From assembly GCA_020341795.1 (NCBI GenBank), contig CP070836.1, positions 1,535,613 to 1,599,612 on the forward strand: a stretch of 64,000 bases of DNA, written 5' to 3'. Positions 56,111 through 64,000 of this stretch are shown here, piece by piece. Every line of letters begins with the position of its first letter. Position 1 is the stretch's first letter. Position numbers and translations under genes: made by a program. The notes beneath the pieces are model-generated. The model saw only the letters and a list, made by a program, of their open reading frames with translations. It searched no databases and was not told the DNA's origin. The DNA comes from Thermoplasmatales archaeon. Its GTDB lineage: Archaea > Thermoplasmatota > E2 > DHVEG-1.

Positions 56111-57748
56111 ATGAAAACAGATATTGAAATTGCTAGTTCAGTTAAGCTTAAGGATATGCATTCAATCGCAGCTAAGGTTGGGATAAAAAGTGATGAATTA
56201 ATTCCATGTGGAGGATTTAAATCAAAGGTTCATCCTAAGATTTTTGATAGAATATCAAAAAATAAAGATGGAAAATTAATTCTTGTTACAACAATTAATC
56301 CTACTCCAGAAGGTGAGGGTAAGACTACTATGACTATTGGTCTTGCCCAAGCCCTTTCAAAACTTGGTAAAAAGACAATGCTCTGTATTCGAGAACCGTC
56401 TCTTGGTCCAACTATGGGTATGAAGGGTGGTGCAGCTGGTGGTGGTTTTTCACAAGTTATTCCAATGACTGATATTAATTTACATTTTACTGGTGATATG
56501 CATGCCATTACTAGTGCTCATAATTTATTAGCTAGTTTATTAGATAATCATATTCATCATGGTGATGAATTTCATATTGATCCACGATATATTGTTTGGC
56601 CTAGGATACTTGACATAAGTGATCGTGCCCTACGTAGAGTTGTAGTTGGACTTGGTGGCCCAAACGATGGCGTTCCACATGAGGAAGAGTTTGCTATTAC
56701 ACCTGCTTCAGAAATTATGGCTATATTGTGTCTTATTAAAGATTTAAATGATTTAAAACAAAGACTTAGTAGAATAATTGTTGCATATACTTATGATAAT
56801 AAACCAATTACAGCAAATGATTTGAAAGCAGTTGGCGCTATGACAGTTTTATTAAAAGATGCCATGAAACCTAATCTAGTACAAACTATAGAAGGAGTAC
56901 CAGCTTTTGTTCATGGTGGACCCTTTGCAAATATTGCTCATGGAACAAATAGTCTTATTTCAACAAAGATGGCTTTAAAACTTGCTGATTATGTGGTTAT
57001 GGAAGCTGGTTTTGGTTCAGAATTAGGAGCTGAAAAATTTTTTAATATCGTTTGCAGAGTTGGAAAATTAAAACCTGATGCAGTTGTTATGGTTGTTAGT
57101 ATTAAAGCACTAAAAAGACATGGGAATGGAAATGTAAAAGATGGTCTTGTCAATCTTGAGAAACATTTAGAAAATATTGCATATTTTAATATTCCAATTA
57201 TTGTAGCTATTAATCATTTTGTTAATGATCGTGAGGATGAAATAAAAATAGTTGAGGATTTCTGTAATTATAAAAATATTCCGATCGCAGTTGCTGATAT
57301 TTGGAGTCAAGGTGGCGAAGGAGGAATTGAACTTGCTGGAAAGCTTGTAAATCTTATTCATAATAATCCTTCAAAATTCAAATTTTTATACGATGGAAAA
57401 CTACCTATTGTAGAGAAAATTGAGATAATTACTAAAAAAATGTACGGCGCAGGTCTAGTTGTCTATACTGTTAATGCAGAACGTGATATAAAACTTGCAA
57501 ACCAACTGGGATTAGATAAACTACCAATATGTATTGCTAAAACGCAATATTCTCTTTCTGACGATTCAAAAAATCTTGGAAGACCTAATAATTTTAAGAT
57601 AACTGTCCGTGAAATTAAATTCTCTGCTGGAGCAGGTTTTTTAGTACCAATGACTGGTAAAATTACTACCATGCCAGGTCTTCCAATAAAGCCAATATCT
57701 GAAAATATTGATATTGATGAAAAAGGTAACATATCTGGTTTATATTAA
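56111..57748 (+). CDS. fhs: Formate--tetrahydrofolate ligase
   Basis: TTINPTPEGEGKTTMTIGL P-loop region and full-length (545 aa) FTHFS pattern. Confidence 0.95.
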   Translation: MKTDIEIASSVKLKDMHSIAAKVGIKSDELIPCGGFKSKVHPKIFDRISKNKDGKLILVTTINPTPEGEGKTTMTIGLAQALSKLGKKTMLCIREPSLGPTMGMKGGAAGGGFSQVIPMTDINLHFTGDMHAITSAHNLLASLLDNHIHHGDEFHIDPRYIVWPRILDISDRALRRVVVGLGGPNDGVPHEEEFAITPASEIMAILCLIKDLNDLKQRLSRIIVAYTYDNKPITANDLKAVGAMTVLLKDAMKPNLVQTIEGVPAFVHGGPFANIAHGTNSLISTKMALKLADYVVMEAGFGSELGAEKFFNIVCRVGKLKPDAVVMVVSIKALKRHGNGNVKDGLVNLEKHLENIAYFNIPIIVAINHFVNDREDEIKIVEDFCNYKNIPIAVADIWSQGGEGGIELAGKLVNLIHNNPSKFKFLYDGKLPIVEKIEIITKKMYGAGLVVYTVNAERDIKLANQLGLDKLPICIAKTQYSLSDDSKNLGRPNNFKITVREIKFSAGAGFLVPMTGKITTMPGLPIKPISENIDIDEKGNISGLY

Positions 57749-57805
57749 AAATAAGGATACATTGATATAGCAAATAATATATGCGTTTTTGGGGAGGTTT
57801 TATTT

Positions 57806-59107
57806 GTGTCAGAAATGAATCTTAAGACTCATGTAGATGATATTATAAATGCTCTAAAGGACGATTCTAAAGGGGAAGTCTCAAGAGAGGAACTTGAAAA
57901 AGAACTTGAAAAATTTATTGAATATGGTGTTCCAATAGAGCAAGCAAAACAAACTCTTATAAAGAAATTTGGAGGACTAGCTGTTTTAACAAGCTCTACT
58001 CCATCTGAAAGAACATTAATCTCAGAATTGAAACCCAATCAGTCTAGCGTTAAACTATTAGGTCATGTAATTGCTATCAATCCTAAAGAGGTAACAGTTA
58101 AAGGTGAAAATCGTACCATTTATTATGGTATATTAGGTGATGAGAGTGGTACTATTCCTTTTACATCATGGGGTACTCTTGATGTAGAAAAAGGAGATGT
58201 TATAGAGATTTCAAATGCCTATACACGTGAATGGCAAGGTGCAGTCCAGTTAAACCTTGGAGATCGAGTTAGTGTTGAAAAAACAGAGAAAGACAGACTT
58301 CCAAAAAGTGCTTTTGAGCCTAAAAAGGTTAAATTAAAAGATTTACGGTCAGGTATGGGAAAGGTTGATTTAACCGCTCGTGTCCTAGAAATTAGTGCTC
58401 GTGACACAGATGTAAATGGTGAAACTAAGAAGGTATTTTCAGGTGTGATTGCAGATCAAACTGGTAAAGCTCAGTTTACATCATGGCATGATTTTATGAT
58501 AAAGGAAGGTGACGTTCTTAGGATAAATGGTGGATATATAAAGGCTTGGAAGGGGATTCCACAGCTTACATTTGATTCAACAGCAATTGTAAAAAAACTT
58601 GATAAAAGTAAAATCAAAAAAGACGATCTCGAAGTAAATCAAATGCTTTTACATGAATTAATTGAAAAACGTGGAGCACTTGATATTCAGGTGGAGGGTA
58701 CAGTTATTGATATTCGACCAGGATCAGGTTTTATCCATCGATGTCCTGAATGTAAAAGAGTTATTCAAAACGATGAATGCAATCTACATGGACAAGTGAA
58801 AGGTTTACTTGATTTACGAATTAAACTAGTTGTCGATGATGGAACTGGTGCCGTTGGAAGTATATTAAATCGAGATATTACTGAGAAAATACTTGGAAAG
58901 ACTCTTACTGATGTAAAAAATATGACACAAGAAGATATATTAGAAAAAATTAACAATAAACTTTTTGCAAAGACAATAATATTAAGAGGAAACGCATTAG
59001 GAGATGATTTTGGAACAACTTTAATTGTCAGAGAAGCAAAGCTTGCTGAAATAAATGTTGTTGAAGAAGCTGAAAAAATAGTAAATGAGTTGGAGGAACT
59101 ATTATGA
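57806..59107 (+). CDS. rpa: Replication protein A (ssDNA-binding, multi-OB-fold with zinc finger)
   Basis: Three OB-fold repeats (FTSWG...; FTSWHDF...) and a C4 zinc finger CPECKRVIQNDECNLHG. GGGGAGG RBS before the GTG. Confidence 0.85.
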   Translation: MSEMNLKTHVDDIINALKDDSKGEVSREELEKELEKFIEYGVPIEQAKQTLIKKFGGLAVLTSSTPSERTLISELKPNQSSVKLLGHVIAINPKEVTVKGENRTIYYGILGDESGTIPFTSWGTLDVEKGDVIEISNAYTREWQGAVQLNLGDRVSVEKTEKDRLPKSAFEPKKVKLKDLRSGMGKVDLTARVLEISARDTDVNGETKKVFSGVIADQTGKAQFTSWHDFMIKEGDVLRINGGYIKAWKGIPQLTFDSTAIVKKLDKSKIKKDDLEVNQMLLHELIEKRGALDIQVEGTVIDIRPGSGFIHRCPECKRVIQNDECNLHGQVKGLLDLRIKLVVDDGTGAVGSILNRDITEKILGKTLTDVKNMTQEDILEKINNKLFAKTIILRGNALGDDFGTTLIVREAKLAEINVVEEAEKIVNELEELL

Positions 59108-60081
59108 AACGAGAAACAGCTTGGAGATTATTTGCAGGAGAATACAATGATTCAACAGTAGAAATTAAAGGCGATGGAGAGATGACCCCGTCTTATATAG
59201 TAACACCACTTGGAGCAAAAGTTAACCGTGTCTTTATCATTGGTGTGTTAACAGATGTCGAAAATATATCTGAAGGTGGTGATCTTGTCCGTGCCCATGT
59301 TTCTGATCCAACTGGTGTTTTTACATTATATTCTGGTTCATATCAAAAGCAAACAACAGAAGCACTTTCTAAAATAGAGGTACCTACGTTTGTTGCAATA
59401 GTTGGAAAAGTCCGTACTTATTCACCTGAGGAAGGTACTATTTATGTTTCTGTACGCCCTGAGAAAATAATGGAAGTAAATGCTGATATTCGTGATAAAT
59501 GGATAATTGAGACATGTAAGAATACAAAAGATAGAATTGAAGCAATACTTGAAGCTATGAAGATGGATGAGAAAAATGAATTTGAGCTTAGAAAATTAGG
59601 ATTTAGTAAAGAATTATCAGAAGGAATTGTTTTTGCATTAAAAAATTATAATAATATTGATCTTAACAAATATGTAAAAATAATACAAGAGGCACTTCAG
59701 TATTTAACATCTAGTAAAGAAACTCTTCCAGTTTTTAAAAAAGAGGAAGAAGAAAAAGTACCTATTAAAATTGAAGATACAATCGATGAAAAACTATTAA
59801 TTGAAAAATTTGAGGATCTACCAGAGGAAAAAGAACAAGATTTTGATATAAAATCTGAAGAAAAAAATGAAGAATCTGAAAGCAAATTTGAAGAAATTGA
59901 AGATATTGTTCTTGAAATTATTAAAAAAATCGAGGGTGATGATGGTGCCCCTTGGGACGTAATAACTGAAAACTGTGAAAAAGAGGGGCTTAACAAGGAT
60001 TCAGTTGAAGAAGCGTTAACTAGCCTTATGGATAAAGGGCTTATATATGAGCCTGTACTTGGTACTATTAAAACTACTTAG
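59104..60081 (+). CDS. RPA32-like subunit (OB fold, acidic linker, C-terminal winged helix)
   Basis: OB fold (VNRVFIIGVLTDVENIS), an acidic E/K-rich linker, and a C-terminal wH (DVITENCEKEGLNKDSVEEALTSLMDKGLIYEP). It overlaps the rpa stop by 4 nt. Confidence 0.65.
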   Translation: MKRETAWRLFAGEYNDSTVEIKGDGEMTPSYIVTPLGAKVNRVFIIGVLTDVENISEGGDLVRAHVSDPTGVFTLYSGSYQKQTTEALSKIEVPTFVAIVGKVRTYSPEEGTIYVSVRPEKIMEVNADIRDKWIIETCKNTKDRIEAILEAMKMDEKNEFELRKLGFSKELSEGIVFALKNYNNIDLNKYVKIIQEALQYLTSSKETLPVFKKEEEEKVPIKIEDTIDEKLLIEKFEDLPEEKEQDFDIKSEEKNEESESKFEEIEDIVLEIIKKIEGDDGAPWDVITENCEKEGLNKDSVEEALTSLMDKGLIYEPVLGTIKTT

Positions 60082-61070
60082 GTATAATATTTTTTTCTCC
60101 AATAATAGGCAATTGGAATACAGATAATTACAACAATTATCATGCCAATTGTTAACATTTTAAAAAGTTGTTCAGAATCAATAATAAATGGTTTTTCTCC
60201 TTCATATGGCTTTAAAAGTGGATAGATATCAATTGATATACCACCTGGTATTTCATAAGGTGTATCTCCTATTCCATCATCATTAGAGTCTATTCCATTG
60301 TAATCATTCCAGTAATTTCCTTTTTTAATATTTGGGTTATAAAAAGAGTTATTACTCTCATCATAAGCATGATAATATGAATTATTTATGAAATTATTTA
60401 GATAGATTATATTTTCAGTTGATTTAATATGAAAAATTATTCCTCGTTGATTGTTTGTAATATTGTTAATATATATCTGATTTTTCGAGCTATTTTTTAG
60501 ATAAATACTAACTTCTTTATTATTTGTTATTTTATTGTTAGTAATAGTGGTATATTTGCTTTTGTTTAATAGAATTGCATATCCTTCACTTTTTTGAATT
60601 ATGTTATCACTTATTTTGTTATAATCAGATATTATTTCGATTCCAATTCCGTAATCATAATAACTAAAAGGAGGAGATGAATCATCAATAATCATTCCAA
60701 TGTCTCTTTTACTATTTTGAATATTAAAACCTTTAAGAGTTACATTATCTGCTGTTATTTTTATCAATGATGTTGAATTTGGAATATAATTAGATCCATC
60801 GATTATTGTATTATTTTTATATTCTCCTTGTAGTGTTAAGGATTTATTAATTGAGAAATAACCCTCATAGTATCCATTAAAAACGAAGATGGTATCTCCT
60901 TTAGATGCGTTATTTATAGCATCTTTTATCGATGTGTAATCTTTATCACCATCATCATCTACATATAGTTTTTTTACTTCTATCTCTTCGCCAATTCCAA
61001 TATTTGCGTTTATTTGTAATGCGTTAATAAAAAGAACAAGTAAAATAATTAAACTAAAAGTTTTTTTCAT
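60078..61070 (-). CDS. Secreted right-handed beta-helix (PbH1/NosD-like) repeat protein with C-terminal TM anchor
   Basis: Signal peptide, repeated N-x-I/V-x-x-N/S beta-helix rungs (NKITNNKEVSIYL, NNITNNQRGIIF), and a C-terminal TM (IGMIIVVIICIPIAYYW) plus basic tail. Confidence 0.65.
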   Translation of the reverse strand: MKKTFSLIILLVLFINALQINANIGIGEEIEVKKLYVDDDGDKDYTSIKDAINNASKGDTIFVFNGYYEGYFSINKSLTLQGEYKNNTIIDGSNYIPNSTSLIKITADNVTLKGFNIQNSKRDIGMIIDDSSPPFSYYDYGIGIEIISDYNKISDNIIQKSEGYAILLNKSKYTTITNNKITNNKEVSIYLKNSSKNQIYINNITNNQRGIIFHIKSTENIIYLNNFINNSYYHAYDESNNSFYNPNIKKGNYWNDYNGIDSNDDGIGDTPYEIPGGISIDIYPLLKPYEGEKPFIIDSEQLFKMLTIGMIIVVIICIPIAYYWRKKYYT

Positions 61071-61215
61071 TTATTTAATGTAATAAAATCCATTTATTAT
61101 ATTTTTGCAATAATTTCAAATAGATAATATTGCTTGAATGATATTTTTACTAAATAATTTTAAATATTTTCATTGACAAAAATTAGCATACTAATTGATG
61201 GAAAAGGTGAATGAT

Positions 61216-61503
61216 ATGTTTGAATATGGAGAGAAGGATAATTATAAAAAGTTTCCATCTTTATTTGATGCCTTTGACTTAGGTGATAGAGTTAAAAGAA
61301 CCTATAAAGATAAAAATGGAAATAAAAAAGAATATAAGGGGATAATTTTAGCTATAAATAAAAGCGGAATTGAAGTATACTGGGATACTAAAAATGGAAG
61401 ATATAATCCTGGAGAGATCGATATAGATTTTACTTATTGTGAAATAAAAGATATCTTTAATGGAAATGATAAGTATAGTCCGATAAAAAAATATTTTGAC
61501 TAA
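61216..61503 (+). CDS. Hypothetical protein
   Basis: ORF with an AAGGTGA RBS before the ATG at 61216. No recognisable motif. Confidence 0.4.
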   Translation: MFEYGEKDNYKKFPSLFDAFDLGDRVKRTYKDKNGNKKEYKGIILAINKSGIEVYWDTKNGRYNPGEIDIDFTYCEIKDIFNGNDKYSPIKKYFD

Positions 61504-61596
61504 AGTTTATATACATTGAAGAATATTCGTTTATATATATTATTACCTATGTAATGTAAATATTTCTCTCCAAAAATGTAAGAAAAAGGAGGAAAA

Positions 61597-61794
61597 ATGG
61601 TAAATAGGGAATCACTACCTCTCATAGTCGCACTTTTACTACCAATTATTTTAGTAGTAATAATATTATTATATTTTTTTGGTTATGATATTACCTTATT
61701 TTTAAGAGAAGTCAATATTATTTATTACATAATTATTTTTCCGATTGCTCTTGGTTTTACTGTTGCTATTATAAAATATATGAGACCTGATTAA
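61597..61794 (+). CDS. Small two-TM membrane protein, hypothetical
   Basis: 65 aa with two hydrophobic helices and GGAGGAAAAATG RBS. Confidence 0.35.
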   Translation: MVNRESLPLIVALLLPIILVVIILLYFFGYDITLFLREVNIIYYIIIFPIALGFTVAIIKYMRPD

Positions 61795-62097
61795 TTAAAT
61801 GTTGTATATATAAAAATATATATCTGTTTATTAAAAAATATAATGATAATAACTGTACAACAACTATTATATACTTTTCAATATAAAATTTGATTCGTTG
61901 AAAATATGTTGGTCGTTGGATTATTATCAACTAAACAAGAAGTTGAAGAAATAAAATATATAATAAAGGTCTGTACGCTTGAAGACAGGATTCATTTTAT
62001 TGTTAGAATGCATAGGCTTAAGGAAATAATAAAAAAAGAAGACGAAAACCAAAAAAAGATAAAATTAAAAAAATAATCCGTGTTTCACTTATCAAAG

Positions 62098-62985
62098 GTG
62101 AAACAAATAACTGTATTAATCATTGCATCATCAGAAGATCCAGCAAGTATAAACATAAAAAATTCTCTTTTAGAACAAACATCATGGGATAAAACTAATA
62201 TTTTTTTAAAAAATGAAGTTTACCATCATAAAGAAATGAAAAACATTGTAATCTTAACAATTCCTGACAGTAAAATCACACATGAAAACATTGTTGCGGA
62301 AGTAAAGCAAAATTTAGGATTAGAAGCTAAACAAGCAATATTTATTTCTAGACATACAAGTAAAACAGGAGAGCCAACTTTAACAGTACACCCGCTTGGT
62401 AATTATGGATTAGCAGAATTCGGTGGAAAAAGCAATACTCTTTCATTTTCATCACCAAAAATCATGACGCAACTTCTTAGAATACTTAAAAAAAACGCCA
62501 AAGAGAAAAAACTATACCATAAAGTATGCTTTGAGGTAACACATCACGGACCATATATGACAATTCCAGCAGTATTTATTGAAGTCGGTAGTACAGAAGA
62601 AGAATGGAATAAAAAATTACCTGCAAAAATTGTAGCAAAAACAATACTTAATCTTTTACAAAACCATCATTATGAGGAAGATTTCGAAAAAGAAATGCCA
62701 GTCTTAGTTGGAGTTGGTGGGGGGCATTACGCACCAAGATTTACAGATGTAGCATTAGAAAAAAATATTGCATTTGGTCATATGATACCTTCATATCAGA
62801 TAAATGCAGGAAATGTAAACAGCAATATGATTAAGCAAGCACTTGATAGAACTCCAAATGTAGAAGGTGTATACATTCACAGAAAAGCATTAAAAAAATC
62901 ACAAGTAACAGAGTTCAGACAGTGGTTTGAAGAAAATGGAATACCAGTTTTATCAAGCAAAGAATTACCAAATCTAAGTTTTTAA
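62098..62985 (+). CDS. dtdA: D-aminoacyl-tRNA deacylase, archaeal DTD2 type
   Basis: LIIASSEDPASINI, AIFISRHTSKTGEPTLTVHPLGN, EVTHHGP and EVGSTEEEW match the tRNA_deacylase (DTD2) family. The GTG at 62098 has an AAAGG RBS; the track starts at the GTG at 62080. Confidence 0.8.
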   Translation: MKQITVLIIASSEDPASINIKNSLLEQTSWDKTNIFLKNEVYHHKEMKNIVILTIPDSKITHENIVAEVKQNLGLEAKQAIFISRHTSKTGEPTLTVHPLGNYGLAEFGGKSNTLSFSSPKIMTQLLRILKKNAKEKKLYHKVCFEVTHHGPYMTIPAVFIEVGSTEEEWNKKLPAKIVAKTILNLLQNHHYEEDFEKEMPVLVGVGGGHYAPRFTDVALEKNIAFGHMIPSYQINAGNVNSNMIKQALDRTPNVEGVYIHRKALKKSQVTEFRQWFEENGIPVLSSKELPNLSF

Positions 62986-63903
62986 AATCTTTTTTGCAAC
63001 TAGATGTGCTTGTCTAAGGGGTTCAGGAATTTTATATTTAGAAAAGTGCTTAATAATTTTATAAGTGGATTCAAAAGATATTTTATGACCAGGTGATACA
63101 AAAACAGGTCTTTTAACACGATCAGATGAAAAAAAAGTAAAACCTTTCTTTTGCCCATCTATAAAAACATTATTGTTTTTTATATCACCATACAAAAGGT
63201 TTTTTGCAATGCCAATACTAGGCATATCAAGCTTAATACCAGCTTGAGAAGCAAGTCCTATCCCATAAGGATGAAGAATTCCATTTCCATCAAACATATA
63301 TACACTTGGTTGTGACTTTAAAATATTAACAAGCTCCTGAATAATTGGAAATTCCCTATAAAAAAGATAAGTTGATATATAAGGAAAGTTGGTTTCCCAG
63401 GAAATTGTTTTACGTTCAACAATTTCTTTTGTTTTATAATCCATTACAACACATGCACCTAATGCATGATCAAACTTGTTTTTTGTATAAGAAACATCAA
63501 TACCTGCTACTTTATCTAATTTTGTAAAACCATCCTTTAGCTTTATTTTTTTACTTAATTCAATTTGTTCTTTTCTAAGCTGTCTCAATGGATAATTTGT
63601 CTTAAATTTATTGTAAAAGACTGTATCAAAATTAAAAATTTTGCCATTATTTACATAAATGCCAGCTTCATATAATCTTCTTATTTTATCGTCTATACCT
63701 AGACCAAATCCACCAAGTCTTCCATCAGAATGAACAATCTTGTAACATGGCATTGTGTCTGCATTTGGATTCTGATTCATCATACGACCAACAGCTCGTG
63801 AAGCAATTTTATCTCCTAGAGCATTTGCTACAGCTCCATATGTAGATATCTTTCCTTCAGGAATTTGCTTTACCAGATCATAAGTATATTCAAAAAGGTT
63901 CAT
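62974..63903 (-). CDS. nfi: Fusion protein: MGMT/Ogt-like DNA-binding domain (PCYK variant) + endonuclease V
   Basis: The N-domain reads QIPEGKISTYGAVA...RAVGRMMNQNP...MPCYKIV (Ogt fold). The C-domain is EndoV: GIDVSY catalytic Asp, YMFDGNGILHPYGIGLA and GIAKN. Confidence 0.85.
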   Translation of the reverse strand: MNLFEYTYDLVKQIPEGKISTYGAVANALGDKIASRAVGRMMNQNPNADTMPCYKIVHSDGRLGGFGLGIDDKIRRLYEAGIYVNNGKIFNFDTVFYNKFKTNYPLRQLRKEQIELSKKIKLKDGFTKLDKVAGIDVSYTKNKFDHALGACVVMDYKTKEIVERKTISWETNFPYISTYLFYREFPIIQELVNILKSQPSVYMFDGNGILHPYGIGLASQAGIKLDMPSIGIAKNLLYGDIKNNNVFIDGQKKGFTFFSSDRVKRPVFVSPGHKISFESTYKIIKHFSKYKIPEPLRQAHLVAKKILKT

Positions 63904-64000
63904 AATAAAATATATGAAATTCTATCTAAAAAGTTTTCTAGTAATATATTTTATTTATTTTAAAAACTAAGATTTATTTTAAAAATTCGATATGTTTAAA

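Noticed and set aside
1-64000. CRISPR arrays, IS elements, integrases, prophage genes
   Set aside because: I found no regularly spaced direct repeats, no transposase/integrase/recombinase-like ORF, and no terminal inverted repeats. The Cas4-like gene stands alone.

Overview
This is an AT-rich window (about 30% G+C by eye, not computed) of about 66 tightly packed protein-coding genes from what looks like an anaerobic archaeon. I found no rRNA, tRNA, CRISPR array, transposase or integrase. Archaeal markers are an eukaryote/archaeal-type GlyRS, ABCE1, an aRF1-family protein, an RPA with a zinc finger plus an RPA32-like partner, DTD2, and thiolase/DUF35 pairs. The gene content falls into five blocks.

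1. 156..11544: an acyl-CoA beta-oxidation cluster. It contains an SDR, a thiolase with DUF35, a 380-aa crotonase, a Zn-ADH, an ECH, an HADH-ECH fusion, a thiolase and two ACADs. The crotonase, Zn-ADH and ECH sit together in the same arrangement as the oah/had/dch genes of the lower benzoyl-CoA pathway.

2. 14468..30072: a large O2/ROS and nitrosative-stress redox island. It holds a hemerythrin-like protein, FTR-like, Grx/Trx, nitroreductase, Prx, Hcp, Dfx, IscS/IscU, DsrE/TusA, four diiron rubrerythrin-family proteins, FprA with a high-molecular-weight rubredoxin, PerR/Fur and a ferredoxin. Two secreted PKD-domain repeat proteins interrupt it.

3. 30210..35725: Acs plus two atypical thiolase-fold paralogs and two DUF35 proteins.

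4. 39473..46038: lysine catabolism genes (LAT, LKR-like and saccharopine dehydrogenase) with a secreted beta-propeller protein between them.

5. 51179..57748: THF-dependent histidine catabolism (HutI, FTCD, Fhs) with an APC permease fused to a PTS-EIIA-like domain.

The most unusual locus is 46095..50363. It has a divergent aRF1 paralog (GGQ replaced by GGC, NIKS replaced by NFKK). Next to it is a Cas4-type Fe-S nuclease that carries an internal two-helix membrane hairpin and is split by a frameshift at a T6 run. ABCE1 follows immediately.

Other oddities are a TusA-like gene whose CPxP cysteine lies upstream of its only ATG, an MGMT-EndoV fusion with a PCYK active-site variant, and G-rich structured non-coding islands. 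Start codons are uncertain in several places because the ORF track uses the longest ATG/GTG/TTG ORF. All functional calls rest on motif recognition by eye, not on database searches.
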